Assembly (NCBI GenBank): GCA_905178155.1 | Contig: CAJINV010000003.1 | Span: forward strand, 3,251,319 to 3,315,318 | DNA: 64,000 nucleotides | Direction: 5' to 3' | DNA from: Amoebophrya sp. A120 | Lineage: Eukaryota; Protista; Dinoflagellata | Shown: positions 1-12,917 of the stretch, in pieces | Numbering within the stretch: the stretch's first letter is position 1 | How the letters are laid out: each line of letters opens with the position of its first letter | Program-made: the position numbers and the translations under genes | The notes under the pieces: generated by a model | Told to the model about the DNA's origin: nothing | What the model saw: the letters and a program-made list of their open reading frames with translations, nothing else | Databases searched by the model: none

Positions 1-560
1 TTGTTATTGTTTTGCGATGAATCGGAAGAAATTAGTTTGGAACTGAAACACAGTGCGTGATGTTGCCTGTGGCCAAACAGCAACATAAAATTTTCCAATC
101 GCAATTAGAACATCAGATTCAAACATCTTTTTTCAGGACACCAAAATTCATGGACGGCCTCGCAGTAGATTTGCTGCTGCTCGTCTGTACTAGACATTCT
201 TTGCGAATGTCAACGAGTCGTTTTTTGTTTTTGCGCCAAGAGATATCGTCTGTGGTTTCGTTGGTTTGCTGATGCGGGAGATGAACCTACAAGAGAGGGG
301 GCGACACTGGTAGGTATAAAAACTGAGGGTAAAGAAGGGGCAGTTTTTTTTTGGTGTTGCACGAGGCGCGCCAGCGGGCGGGCGAAAGTATTTTTCCGTT
401 CAGTTTCTCTGGTTTCGTTGGAGCGTTCGCGGATGCCTTTCGTGTGGTGCGTGCGTATCAATAGGCAATTATATGCGCAAGAACAGCTGATTCTATATCG
501 ACACACACAAGAGTGGTAGTAGTTGTCGCATCATGTGCCGGCTAGCCAAATAAAGACACC

Positions 561-3500
561 ATGACCAACACCAATTCTGGGCGACATAATCGGAAGCAGC
601 CCGACCCGGCGGGCGTTCTTTCATCCCGAGGAGAGTACGGCGGAAAGAAATCGAGGTCGCGGGATTTGCAGGAGTCGAATCAATACCGAACGCAGTCTCC
701 GCCGCGGGTTTTGCGGATTGATCTCCAGATGCCAGACCAGGAGGTCCAGGAAAGGTTTCGGAGAACAAGCCGACGGTTGTCGCCGCGCCACCGCATTCAT
801 ATCGACGACAACTACCATTCCCCTCCTGAGAAGCCACTTCTGCAGCAGAACCACTCTTCAACGGCAAGCAGCGCGGGACCCTCCTCGAGAGGCACCCGAG
901 GCGTTATTCAAAGAGCTCCACCAGCTGCGGCCCGTATTGACCTGCTCGAAGACGACGACCATGATCATTTCTTCCCACCGCCCCGCGGAGAACAAGCGTC
1001 CTCCCAAAAGCAGAGCTACAACCCAATGCGAGAACAATCGCTCGGCACCGAATTATCTCGGCACCAGCGTGCGGGTAGTCCCTTCACGGGAGTCAAGCGC
1101 ACCGACCGCTACGACTATAATACGTCGTCTCGTTGGCACGAGCAACTGCATCAATACCACCAAAATCGGTTGCGCGGCGGAGGTGTTCCCGGGTACTACG
1201 CTTTTGCAGGATCATCATCCTCCGACCAGGATCAACATCCGCGGATGCTTCATCCGGCCGTGCTGCGGGAGGAGCACGAACGTAACCTGAGACAGTACGG
1301 TATCCCCGTGAAACAGCTGCCGCGCGACAAGTATGCGCACGTGAGGCCGGCCATCGACACGGGGCTGCACTTCGAGGAGAAACACAGCAATGCTTATCCG
1401 TCTGGACCACGCGCAACGAGTCCCTTCGACCTTCGAGGCCAACAAGCCTCGGAACACGGCTCTTCGGGTCGCGTTCCGAAGCAGTTCACTCCCGCACGCA
1501 ACCTGTCGAGCAAAAGTGGGAGGGCCAAGACCGCGGACCAAATTTATCTGGAGCGCATGAAGCGGAGTCGCCCAACTACGCAACAGAGCACACCTTCGGA
1601 TGCCGCTCGTGCGACCACCAACGTCAGAAGTGCGCGCGGTTCGAAGCCCGACCCGAAGGTGTTGTTGGCGAAAAACGCAAACATTGCGGTTGTCAGCGTG
1701 AACCTGCTGCGGGAAGAAGATTCCACTACCTCCAGTGCGGCACCTAAGCAGGTGCTGGTTTCGCGCAACGGGGTGGTGCCCCGAGACGAGATCGCGACGA
1801 GGAACAGGGGTGCCGCGTCGACGCCCGGTGTCGGTTCTACCGCAGGGTCGCAGGCCAGCAATTTTCGTCCGGCGCAAAAAGTGCCCCTCTTCGATGAGGA
1901 CGTGCTTAATAACGAGAATTTCGCAACTTCCTCCTTGCTGTCCCAGTCGCACGGAGTTTCCTCCGTTCGGGAGGTGGAACCGGTACAACTAGGGCTACCA
2001 ACACCTCTCTCTGGTGCTTCCGCCGCTCTCAGCAATGCTGTCCCACAAACTGCCAGGGACGAGCCGCGCTTCAAGGACTTGACACCGGCAGAACGCGAGA
2101 TCGTGGCAGCGCAACCAGCCTCGTACCCCGGTGCCGCCTACCCCGCTGCGGAGTACCTGCCCGCAGGCGCATTGACCGAAGAGCAACTCGAGCAGCAGGA
2201 ATTGCAGGACTGTATTTCCCGTTCGCAAGAGCGGTCCACCGCCGAACGCGGTCAGAAACGCGCTGGCGAACAAGAACGCGGGCCCCACAACAGCCATCGC
2301 AACGAGACGGCCCGAACGAAGAGCGATTTTTCGGTCAGCGAACGTGAAGTTGTTTCACAAAACGCGCCAGACGCGGTCGCTGCAAAGACAATCGCAAGGC
2401 GAGATACGGACGAGCGGAGCACAACTGGAGCTGATCCACCTCCGGGATCGGTCAGTACTCGTGTCAGTAACGGTGATGCCGTTGTTGCGGAGTTCATATC
2501 CAAGCTTGATTCAGACACCGCTCGAAAGATATCGATCTCTGCCGGACTCCCCGTAGTTCCCGGCGTGTCCAATGCTGACCCGGACTTTGTTCTGGGCTCG
2601 AGCTCGACTTCCGAAGGGCTCGGCGGACGGCATCAGACGCACAAATTCCACCAACAGCAGTTTCAGCAGCAAGAAGATTCCAATCGCGCACGGTCGATGT
2701 CGGGGGAGCGGCGGCGGGCTTCGCTCGGAACCAGTTGGGTACAGCAGAAGGATGTAGAGGGTTCTGCTTCGGCGGGAACCAAGGCATCATCTTTTTTGCG
2801 CAAAAGATCCTCGCTGCAAGTGGACCGGTCTCCCGCGGTTTCGACTTCCGGGAGTCGAACACCCGCACCACGGTTCGTGCCCGTGAGCGCCGGTCCGGTA
2901 CATGAACACATGCCGAGTGCACCAGCGTCTGCGCCGCGCGCTGGGGAACCGAACTCGACCAACAAGGCAGCGCATGTCGGAGATGCAGAATCTGGTGCAC
3001 TTGAAGACACTGGAGTCGTAGACGAGTCCGTGTCACCGTCCCCGCAACGGCGCTCGAAGGTCTTTTCGCCGCCCGTCCGGAAGAGCGGGGTCAAACAGCG
3101 CTCGATGGGGGCCTCGCGACCGTCTAAAGATCAGTATATGGCCGCTTCGTCTCGGACAAGCTCGAAAAATTCGTTTCCGTCGAGTGCGCACCTGAGCGCC
3201 GGAGGAAATAACGAGGATGCAGTCCCGTTCGCACAGCCATCAGTCGAGGCGGAGAAAGCGACAGCAAAGACGTCCGAAGCGGCGCATAGTGCGGCGGCCA
3301 ACTCGACCGAGCAAAACACCGAACAGCACAGACAGAATTACGCGGTGCCTGCTGGCTCGGGAATGGTAGGCGCGGCTGCCACCGGCCGGGACGATGTTGA
3401 CCCTAGTCGGCCCCGTGTAGACAGACGGGGCAGTTTGCAGCATCAGAAAAGTGAAAACTTGCAGCAGCTTTCCGCGAAGTATAAGAGACGGGGGAGTGCA

Positions 3501-5542
3501 GTTACAGCCACGACGCCCACGACTGGCCTTGCAACGGCGTCTACGTCATCGTCGTCCCGGCCTCCCGTGCCTGAAAATCATGCTAGTAGGGCGGCGATTC
3601 TTGGGAAGCAGCAGAAGGACCCGGGGACAGAGAAGAATCTGCAGAAGCACCAGAAGGCTCGTCGTGCCTCGGACGCGTTTGCAGTGCTTGAAAACAGCGG
3701 CTACAGAAGCCGCAGTTCGACGGAAGACTACTCTGCTGCGGGCAGAGCAAAGGCGGCGAATCGCATACCGCAACGTACACTAAACGGAGGCGCAGCGGCG
3801 GCACAAATTCGTTCTGGGATGCTCCCATCGTCTCCACGGCTTCTGGAAAACAATAGCAAAAACGGTACCTCTATCATCATTTGATTCGCGGCAAACGTAA
3901 GTATACGGTTATGGTTCCACTTGCTGTATAGTTCATGACTCCGGCCGTCGCTGTGACGTTCAAGTCCGTCCTTTTCGCAACATTTGCAAATTTTCGTAAG
4001 TAGGATATGATGCATTTTATTTTCATCTCTATCTCAGGGATGATTCCTGCGACTTCTTCGGACGACGCAATCCCGCCCTCACCAAGCGGTGGCTCGTCTT
4101 ACCACGCCCCGCGGTCGCGGAGCCGCAGCAACAGCCGCACCGTCGCGCCGGCAGATGATCGTTCCTTTGCGGAAAGCAGCGGGCACGAACGCACGAAATA
4201 CCAGACGCGCCTGGAGCTGTCCCTGCCAGATAGCCCGCGCAGCGGCCCGCCGATCCGCGAACCGTCGCCCACGAGCCCACGCGAGGTGGATAAAAAACAC
4301 GTTCGAGCAGATGCGTCATCTGACCCTCTTCTCGCAGAAAGAAAAGGAAATACAACAAGTGAAGACCCAGGCGGCCCGACGACATCTGCTTCGATCGGTC
4401 CAGCCACCACGACGCGAGCAGGTGCCTCACCGCCCCCTCTGATTCGCCGGAACATGACCGCGAGCCCGTTGTCCCCGGGCTCTTTGGAACTGTCTGCGTT
4501 TTCGATGTCCGACATGCACCAGGGAGATTTTTTCACCAAGTACGATCTCCACCAGCAGCGGAAGCGGCTTGTGTTCCTGCGTTTGGGGTACTTTCCCGAG
4601 TCTCGCGTACCCTTCCTGGAGTACTGGCCAACGCGGAAGCAGGGGGTGGGCAACGACCTAACAACCGGGATGAAGTCGCCTGCCGCGGGCGGGCTCTACA
4701 CACCGGCCATGAGCAGTTCCAGAGGTCGGGGGCAGCAGCAGCTCGACCGGTCTGGTACTACGAGCAGACCGTACCAACCAGCGGCGTCCTCACCGCGGAA
4801 CGGAGGAGGAACCATGGAAGCGGTGATGGAGGAGCGGCAGCCTTCGGGACTGGCGAAGTACACTGCTCAGGGGGCCCGGTATCGCCACAAAAACGTCACG
4901 CCCGTAGCTGCGTCCACGCCCGGCGCTACATCTTCAGCCTCAGCGCTGTCGTCCCGCCGCCGGCTGCGGTCACTCTCTGGCTGTTTTTCGAGCCGAGAGA
5001 CGAGCACCAGTGCGGGGTCGCTCTTTCGCAAAGTGCGCGTCATTCCGCTTTCCGAGCTCACGCACATCAACTTTGGCCCCAGCAGAAGCGTGCAGGACCG
5101 GTACGGGGCACTGCGGGAAGAGAATATCTTCCACCTGGTACTGTGCTTGCTTCGTCAACTTCAACTATTTTTCACTTTTTGCTTTTGGTGAAGAGTCCAT
5201 GATCCAATTGTTTCACCGATGCCGAAGTTCTTTTGCTGCACGTTTTAGGTAGCGAGCGATCTTATGCAAGCACTCTATCTTTTTCTTTCACTTTCAACGT
5301 CTAAATCTAATGCTAAAAATAAACAGCGTGTCACCACGCGGACCTACGATTTTGCCATCGACGGAGACGCGCAGACCTTAGGCTACTGGGTCGGATTTCT
5401 GCGGCGGCTGATGATGCCGGGGGAGCTGGAGTTGAACGAGCAAACCGAATACCTGCTGTTTCGCCGAGGCACGTTCGACGTAGTAGAAGACCAGGACCTT
5501 CCTCAGCATCTACAGTACATGTCTGAAAAGCATCGCCTTTAA
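561..5542 (+). CDS. Large disordered protein with C-terminal PH domain; 3 exons (561-3864, 4038-5137, 5327-5542)
   Basis: Phase-compatible GT..AG introns 3865-4037 (phase 1) and 5138-5326 (phase 0) join ORFs 561, 4007 and 5264. The joined product has PH-like strands 'GDFFTKYD..KRLVFLRL..FLEYW' and 'IPLSELTHINFG..IFHL|RVTTRTYDF..LGYWVGFLRRL'. Confidence 0.7.
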
Positions 5543-6159
5543 AGCAGGTGTGCTCTTTTCTGGCAGGCTACCTGCAGGAGCATTCTCTCGTCCGATGATA
5601 CAAAAAGTCCACAAAGAGCAGCAAACTGTTTCTACCTCAGTCGTTTTCACCTTTGCCCAACCGGTCATGTGAGTTTCGTCATCGACCTACAAATGAACAT
5701 GTGGAGAAGCACGCTCCATTGTGACTGTACTGTCCTGGTCGGACTTCTCGAATAAGTTCTTGTGCTTGAGCTATCGACGAACATTACCTAGAATGGATGC
5801 AGTGAATGATGGCGCTAAGTCCTCGTCCTCGAGGTCTTCGCCAGAAAAAGATCGTTTTGCTGTTTTCGAAATCACGAAAAGTGTCATCTTCGTTGTCTGA
5901 GGGGGAGCAAAAGTCAGGTTTTGATACCGTAGGCGTGAAGATGTCTCACTACTTGAGCGTCGGCACTAGACGAAGTGGGAGCAGAGCGAAATTCGAGGTT
6001 GCAACCCGCTTGCGGATCGAGTAGGAACCAACTAGACGAACTTCTACAGTGACATTTTTAGTCTATTATACGAAGTTGAGAGTAGCACCAGTAGTTGTGA
6101 TGTTTCGCTAGCATTGACGACGCTGGGTCGTGTAGCACTGAGTGACTACAACCACGAAA

Positions 6160-9100
6160 ATGCGTTGCTTCGCACTTTTCATCTGGGTCCTGCTTCCCCT
6201 TGGTGCTACTGGGATCACAGCAAAGTCGGAAGATGAAGATTCTCTTGCAGGTGACGGTCACGGTACACGGATGGACATACCTGCAGATGCTGCAATGCAC
6301 GCTCCCGAAGAGGAAAATGTAGGGCAACAAGGAGCATCGGCCCTTTTGCGCGGCCGCCTTTCTACTGCAGCGACGGATCAGCATCCCGCTTCGCAAGCAC
6401 CTTTTTTGGAACAGGAGCAGAGACAGGAGACCGAGATAGACCCGCGGCAGGACCATCATGGTGGAGATGCTCTACTGGGAGCCAAGATCCGGCATCTTGC
6501 AGCGAGCGGCGTGCAGAATTTGCAGAGCTTTCTGGAGACCTTTGTCGGTACAGGGTCCCCAGCGACTGGTGCACAGCCGGTCCCCTCTCCGGAAAAACTG
6601 AACGGTCCTCCCTCCGCATCTGAAGCTGGCATGGACCAGCACAACGCAGGAACGTCTACCGCTTCCGCGGAGCAGCAAGCCGGCCTGGTAGAAATGCACC
6701 AGAAGACGAGCTACAAGTTGTTGCACCGGGATGAACGACAACATCAAAAAGACCTGCTTCAAGTCGATGTAAGCGATTTGCAAGTCACCTGCATTATTCC
6801 CGATCACCCTTTGAAGTGCAAAGCGATTGCGGGCACGGGGCTAGAGGCTACCTGCGACGAACCCTATTTGCACTTTACCAGCGATTTCCTTGTGAATTAC
6901 GAGCAGAATCGGTGCCTGGAGGTCGCCAGTTCCTTCTACTCCGTCGTTAGCTCGGGGGTGGCCGCCTCGACGGTGAGATTGGACTGGAGCTGCGGAGGGA
7001 CGCCGGACCACGCAACCGCTACCGTTCCCTTCAAACTCCCCAACGCGGACGATGAGAAGAAGAATCCAACGCATCTGGCCATCAAGCGGGTGACCGAGCC
7101 GGGAGTGATCTTCGACGAAAACAAAGTGTATCTGCAGCTGTACCACTGTTTGCCGGACTACGACCCCGACAATCTTCCGGACAGCGACGGCAGCGAAGAT
7201 CTTGCTCCTAATCCGTCCCCCAGTCCGTCCCCCAGTCCGTCCCCCAGTCCGTCTCCCAGTCCGTCCCCCAGTCCGTCTCCCAGTCCGTCCCCCAGTCCGT
7301 CTCCCACTCCGTCCCCCAGCCCGTCTCCCAGCCCGTCTCCCAGTCCGTCTCCCAGTCCGTCCCCCAGTCCGTCTCCCAGTCCGTCCCCCAGTCCGTCTCC
7401 CACTCCGTCCCCCAGCCCGTCTCCCAGTCCGTCTCCCAGTCCGTCTCCCAGTCCGTCTCCCAGTCCGTCCCCCAGTCCATCCCCCAGTCCGTCTCCCAGC
7501 CCGTCTTCCACCCCGTCTCCCACTCCGTCCCCAAGTCCGCCCTCGCCGTCTCCGAGTCCGAGCTCCTCGTCTAGCACGACTTCGAGTACGACCACGACCA
7601 CCACGACGACCACCTCTACTTCTACAACGACCACAACCTCGACCACGACGCCCGCGGTACCAGTGCAAAAGCGGGTGTACAAGGTCGCAGTGGGGCGGGC
7701 GGACGCAAGTCAGAGCTTGTACTCGTTCCTGTATGCAAACGGCCAGGAGTTGAAAAGCTCGGTCACTGAGGCATTAACGCGCTGGTTCGTAGCGTACGGC
7801 GGTTCCCACTTCACCGCTTCTGATATCACGTCCATATCCATGACGAAAGCCACCAGTGGAGGCAGCAACTTTGCCGCGCTGCAGGAACTTGTCAGTTCAT
7901 CGCAAGGAACGGTAGAAGATAAAAGTCGGGGACCAGAAAGAAGTGCTCGTGCAGAGAGCATCATGGAGGAGGAGGAGGAGGAGGTGACATCAGGATACAG
8001 CACCGTTGAAATGCAGAGCGGCAGGCGGGCATCCGAACTTGTGGACATCCACTTTAGCATCCAACCACGAACCCAGGCCGAGGCCGACGATTTGCTCGCT
8101 GTGTGGCCTTCCGAGGCAGACGGCGACAGCCCAGCCTCCGCGACCGGCAGCACTATTTTGCTCGCGTTTGTGCAAGAGGAAGTCAGCAAGACCAGTTTGG
8201 CGAACGATCTCACGGTGGTCGCTGCCGAGGATGCAACACCAACCACCACGACCAAGGCAAGCACGTCCACCACAACGTCGACGACCACTACATCCACGTC
8301 GACCACCACGACGACCACCACGACAACCACCACGACAACGACCACCACCACGACCACAACTACCACCACAACTTCCACCACCACAACTTTCACCACAACC
8401 ACGCCGCTACCACTGCAGACGCGCATGTTTACGGTCGGCATGGAACTGGATAACGGAGTGTACAACGGAAACCTGACGGAGTACCTGCGCAACACGACAA
8501 TCGCACAAATGAATGGCCTCTCGCTAGCCTTCGCCTGGGCTTTCGTTCATTGGTTCAACGACACGATCAGCGACCCCATGATTCACATGACGTCGATGAA
8601 CTTTTCGATGCATAGTAACGGTTCTTCCAATACAACGACGACAGCAGCAGCTCTGCAGGTGTCGACTTATAATTCATCGTTTTCTTTCGAGGAGCAATCT
8701 TATTTGACGATGGGAACAACGTCAACGGCGCAACTGGTCGACTCGATGTTTGACGTGCAGCCGCTCTCCGCATCCCAAGCGGACGCGCTGAATCAGGCCT
8801 GGCCATCGATGGATGAACAGTCCGGCGTAGACGGTGGCCCGCCGGCGGCGTCCTACGCCGACCTTTTTGATCGCGTAGAGGCCGAATTGCAGAAGAACGC
8901 CACTATAGCGAGCATACTGACACTACAGCATGCAGTGACCAACGCTAGTGCGGTGAATCAGAACACAACAACATCGACGACGACAACGACGACGACCACT
9001 TCGACAACGACGACGACGACCACTTCGACAATGACGAATACAACGACGACGACCACTTCGACAACAACATCGACGACGACTACCGTGACAAATACAACGA

Positions 9101-10251
9101 CCACTAGCACCACAACTACTAGCACAACATCGAGTACGAGTACGACGGTTACTACCACCACAACCACCAGCGCAACAACAACTTCTACCACCACAACATC
9201 AACCGCCACCGCGATCGATATCACGCCGGCGAACGGGACAGATGCCACCAGTATGGCAAGCGACTACGGGGACAAGCTCGCGGCCAACCTCTTGGACGGA
9301 AACTTCGACCACTTCGTACTACAATGAAAAATGCCCCCTCCCCATATCAAAACGGAAATCTGTGATGCAGATTTGTGGTCACAAATCAGCTCTGTGATGC
9401 TAGAAGGCAAAAGATGCGGACTGTCGTGCTGTCTAGTGTGGGAAAGCCTTGCAGCTCCCGGATGACAAAAGGCAACTGGAAGTGGGAAACAGCATGACAG
9501 ATTACCTGCGACTTAGGTCGCAGCTTCGTCTCTTGGCCTTCTAGCAATACAAGTCGATTTGTGTACTCAAATACAGCATCGGGCTGCTGACTGTTCCACC
9601 TCTTCCGAGTGCGATCATGTTACGCCTCACGCCTCAAATACAGCATCACAAATTCGCGCGTCTTCCGTTTCCGATATGGGGTGGGGGCTTTTTTCACTAT
9701 GATACTTCGCGAACACGGACAAGCACACGTGCCCGTTCGCGCAGATCGACCTGGGCGCTGAGATGACGGTGACGAGCGTGAATGTGACGTCGGCGCTGAA
9801 GGTAGGATGGATGCGGCGCATGTTCTTCGTTCGCGAGGACTGGAACGACGACGCTTGGGGCAGCGACGCGATGGATAGTAATGTGACAAGGGACCACGGA
9901 GTTCGTGTCATTGTCGCGTCAACGCCGCGGTCGAGTGCGGCCACCTGTAGCTACGCAGGGCAAACACACCACAAGTGTGCGAAGACAGCCGACGGGCCGG
10001 TCTGTCCGACTACACCCGCTGACGAAATTTGTGAAACGATCAAGTACGACAGTGGCGCAGGTGTGGCCCGCTTTGTTGCTAACACTGGTACCAGCGCCGA
10101 CTACGGCACGGCGACCTTCCACTGCGGCGGTGGGAAAACGGGCCGATACGTGGTGATAGAGAGTCCGGGAGCGCAGGTGGGCGAGTTGCGAACGCTGATG
10201 GCGAACGAAGTCAAGATCTACGGAACTAGTGCAACAAGTAATGCACGGTGA
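6160..10251 (+). CDS. Secreted mucin-like protein (Ser-Pro repeats, poly-Thr tracts) with C-terminal F-type lectin/discoidin-like (F5/8C) domain; 2 exons (6160-9316, 9710-10251)
   Basis: Signal peptide MRCFALFIWVLLPLGATG, (SP)n and Tn tracts. Removing 9317-9709 gives in-frame 'ANLLDGNFDHFANTDKHTCPFAQIDLGAEMTVTSVNV...GRYVVIE..LMANEVKIYG', the galactose-binding-like/F-type lectin pattern. Confidence 0.75.
7211..7560 (+). repeat. Coding Ser-Pro (TCY CCC AGT CCG) tandem repeat
   Basis: About 50 Ser-Pro dipeptides, directly visible in the sequence. Confidence 0.95.
9317..9704. mobile_element. Introner 1: non-autonomous TIR element acting as a non-canonical intron
   Basis: TIR TGAAAAATGCCCCCTCCCCATATCAAAACGGAA vs reverse complement of the right end TGAAAAAAGCCCCCACCCCATATCGGAAACGGAA. 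TA..TA termini, direct repeat CTTCG at 9312-9316 and 9705-9709, contains an in-frame stop, and excision restores the ORF. Confidence 0.85.
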
Positions 10252-10655
10252 GATTCGAAAGAAAAATTGAAACAATAACAAACTGAAACTTGTTCTGCGT
10301 GTACGATGTCGATAAGGCACGGACGGATAACTCGATGAAAATCCGGCTACTTGAACTTTTCCAATGTACGATGCTGAACTTCTTGTTACCACCGAGGAAC
10401 GATTTGATTCGAGAATGAAAATGCAAAGAAAATATTTTGAATTTTAGAGCTATTTTCTCCGCGAAAAATTCTGACTCGTTGAAAGAGTTCAAATCTAGAG
10501 GACGAAGAATTTCCGCAAGGACACAATCTTTAGGCTCAACATTAGATCGGTCGCGGTTGAGATTTGATTGTTCGAGCGCATAAATATCATTTGTTTTACC
10601 GGAACGATACCTAGTTATTTAGAACCCGAGGTACTATCAGCGCGCCTAGTCCACC

Positions 10656-11855
10656 ATGCGAAAAATCTCTACTCTCCTCTTGATTCCCTTCAGTTCGTGC
10701 ATCATCTATTTTTTCGGTGTACGGCCAACACCAGGACCGGACTTGGGACGGGACTTTCGTATTTACCAACCGACTCCGTGGTACTGGGAGCAAGCAGTTG
10801 CGCGAAACCGTAGTGTGGTTCCTGTTAGGTCCGTTCACGATTTCAAGCCGGATCTGCAGGGAAAAGTGGCTATTGTCACCGGCAGCAGCTCCGGTATCGG
10901 CCGTGCTGTCGCCAAGGAGCTGTTCCTCCGCGGCTGCGCCGTGGTCATCACGTCGCGGAGCCGGCAGCGATCCGAGAAGGCAGCTAGCGACATGGTGCGA
11001 GAAGTGAGCGAACGGGGGGTGGATCAACAAAGTAAAGCCCGTTTAGTGGGTGTGGGATTCGATTTGAGCGACCTAGAAGACGTGCGGAAGTTCGTCGCGA
11101 ATTTCACGGAGGCGTTCCAGAGGTTGGACTTTCTGAGCACGAATGCGGGGATGACGGCACTTTTGGCCGGGTGGAGCGGACCGTGGGAAAGTCCGCAAAA
11201 GTACGAAATGCTCTACGCCGCCAACTACCTCGGACACTTTCTCTTGCTGCAGCTGCTGCTCCCGTTTTTGAAAAAAACTCCCGGCGCAAGGGTGGTGGCA
11301 ACGTCGTCGATCATGCATTGGCAGCACGACAGCGACTTGGATTCGCTTCTGCCGTCGAGGAATAAAAAACGCAGCGACGAGCACGCGTGGCCTTGGACGA
11401 AGCTGAACCAGTATGGCAACACGAAGTTGCTGCAAGTCCTAATGTGTTTCGAGATGCAGAGGCGGATTCCTGAGGTCCCCTGTGTACCGGTAGCGCCAGG
11501 GCTGATCTCTACTGCCATAGGAAACCAGAAATTGCAAGCGCGCGACGGCGTCGATCAGTGGATCCCGGTCGTTAGCAAATCTCCTTTCGACGGCGCGCAG
11601 ACGACGATGCACGCGCTCTTAGCTTCCGAAGAAGAAGGGAAGAATAACACTGCCGGGGTCTTCCTTCAACCGTATTACAGTCCGCTGCACTTTGGAAGAC
11701 CACTTTTTCCGTTCGGGGCCGTACTATGGGAGCCATTCACGCAGCATTTGATGTGGGGGCTGCACAAGTGGGTAGCACATGCGGACGCCTACAACAGAAC
11801 CTTCGCGGAAATCTTATGGAAAGAATCAATGGAAGCATGTGGGCTACCAAACTAA
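10656..11855 (+). CDS. Short-chain dehydrogenase/reductase (retinol dehydrogenase/WWOX-like) with N-terminal membrane anchor
   Basis: TGSSSGIG Rossmann motif, NAG, 'ANYLGHFLL', catalytic YGNTK (YxxxK). Confidence 0.9.
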   Translation: MRKISTLLLIPFSSCIIYFFGVRPTPGPDLGRDFRIYQPTPWYWEQAVARNRSVVPVRSVHDFKPDLQGKVAIVTGSSSGIGRAVAKELFLRGCAVVITSRSRQRSEKAASDMVREVSERGVDQQSKARLVGVGFDLSDLEDVRKFVANFTEAFQRLDFLSTNAGMTALLAGWSGPWESPQKYEMLYAANYLGHFLLLQLLLPFLKKTPGARVVATSSIMHWQHDSDLDSLLPSRNKKRSDEHAWPWTKLNQYGNTKLLQVLMCFEMQRRIPEVPCVPVAPGLISTAIGNQKLQARDGVDQWIPVVSKSPFDGAQTTMHALLASEEEGKNNTAGVFLQPYYSPLHFGRPLFPFGAVLWEPFTQHLMWGLHKWVAHADAYNRTFAEILWKESMEACGLPN

Positions 11856-11879
11856 CACGGGTATGTATCTCGTAAACTT

Positions 11880-12148
11880 GAAATGCAAACCCACACACAG
11901 GGACAAGATGAAAAGAACAATCAATCCCCCACAAAAACGAAATACAAAGAACAATCCACATCTTTTGAGCACTTCAAAAAATCCAAAATCCTTTCAAACA
12001 CCTTTCCGAACCAATGAATGAAATTGATTCTGATACAAAAAAACATCTTCATAATCAAAGAGATTTTGGATTTTTTTTCTTCTTTTTTCTCCAGGTCAAT
12101 TCTCGAGTCGAAAATAAAGATATTGATTCTCTTTTTAATTAATTATGG
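11880..12148. other. Left part of an AT-rich island interrupted by the giant transposon
   Basis: Abrupt low-GC, GA/TC-rich sequence of the same character as 39684-40870; ends in the TSD AATTATGG (12141-12148). Confidence 0.6.
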
Positions 12149-12197
12149 TTACAGCTTGAGCAGCTGTTAATTCCTTGGGCGCGTAAGTTGTTGGTAT
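12149..12197 (+). repeat. Left terminal inverted repeat
   Basis: TTACAGCTTGAGCAGCTGTTAATTCCTTGGGCGCGTAAGTTGTTGGTAT. Confidence 0.88.
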
Positions 12198-12605
12198 GAT
12201 GCTGGTATTTGGTGCTAGCAAAACCGAATTCGTTGCGACTTCCGGCGATTTCTGAAAATGAACGAGAGCAACGATATCGCACGACTAAAATTGATGCTTT
12301 GGCTCCTTGCGCGTGCAACAAAAAAAAAGGCTTTGAACGAATGGAATCAGCGACTTATCAATAACGACGGACGGCGACGACAAGCGCAGACCGGCATTTG
12401 TACCCCGCCCCGGGAGGCGGCGCCGAACCACGTCCAGTGATACCGAGGCGAAAATAACAGAACACGCAAGGGCGGCGGGGAGATGCGTGACAGCCTGCAC
12501 GCTGTCCAGGATCCCACGCTGTTACTCCCGAGTCTAGGAGCAGGCTCCTCGAGTGTCTGTTCTCAGATTCAGACACAGACACTCTCCGTTTTTTTTTGGT
12601 TATCA

Positions 12606-12800
12606 TTTTTTTGGTTATTATAAAAATTGGCTATCATAAAAAACACGCCGCGCCTGCGGTCTTGGTGGCGGTCAGGTTGTGCCTGCAGGCCAAAGACATT
12701 AGCATTTTTTTGATTATTATAAAAATTGGCTATTAATTATAAAAAACACGCCGCGACTGCGGTCCTGGTAGCGGTCGGGTTGTGCCTGCAGACCAAAGAC
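12606..12800. repeat. Subterminal ~100-bp imperfect direct duplication
   Basis: Two copies of TTATTATAAAAATTGGCTA..TAAAAAACACGCCGCG.CTGCGGTC.TGGT.GCGGTC.GGTTGTGCCTGCAG.CCAAAGACA. Confidence 0.8.
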
Positions 12801-12917
12801 AAGATTAGTATAAAAAAGTGACTAGTGCTCGCGCAAAGTATAAAAAAGCGCCGAGGTTGCGACGGCAAACGAACGCAATCAAGACGGGGGCGCCACGTCA
12901 GCGAAGAAGCCGCCGCC

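Noticed and set aside
6841-9248. Antisense and alternative-frame ORFs (poly-V, GDGL, WETD, RPPV)
   Set aside because: Shadows of the Ser-Pro and poly-Thr coding repeats.
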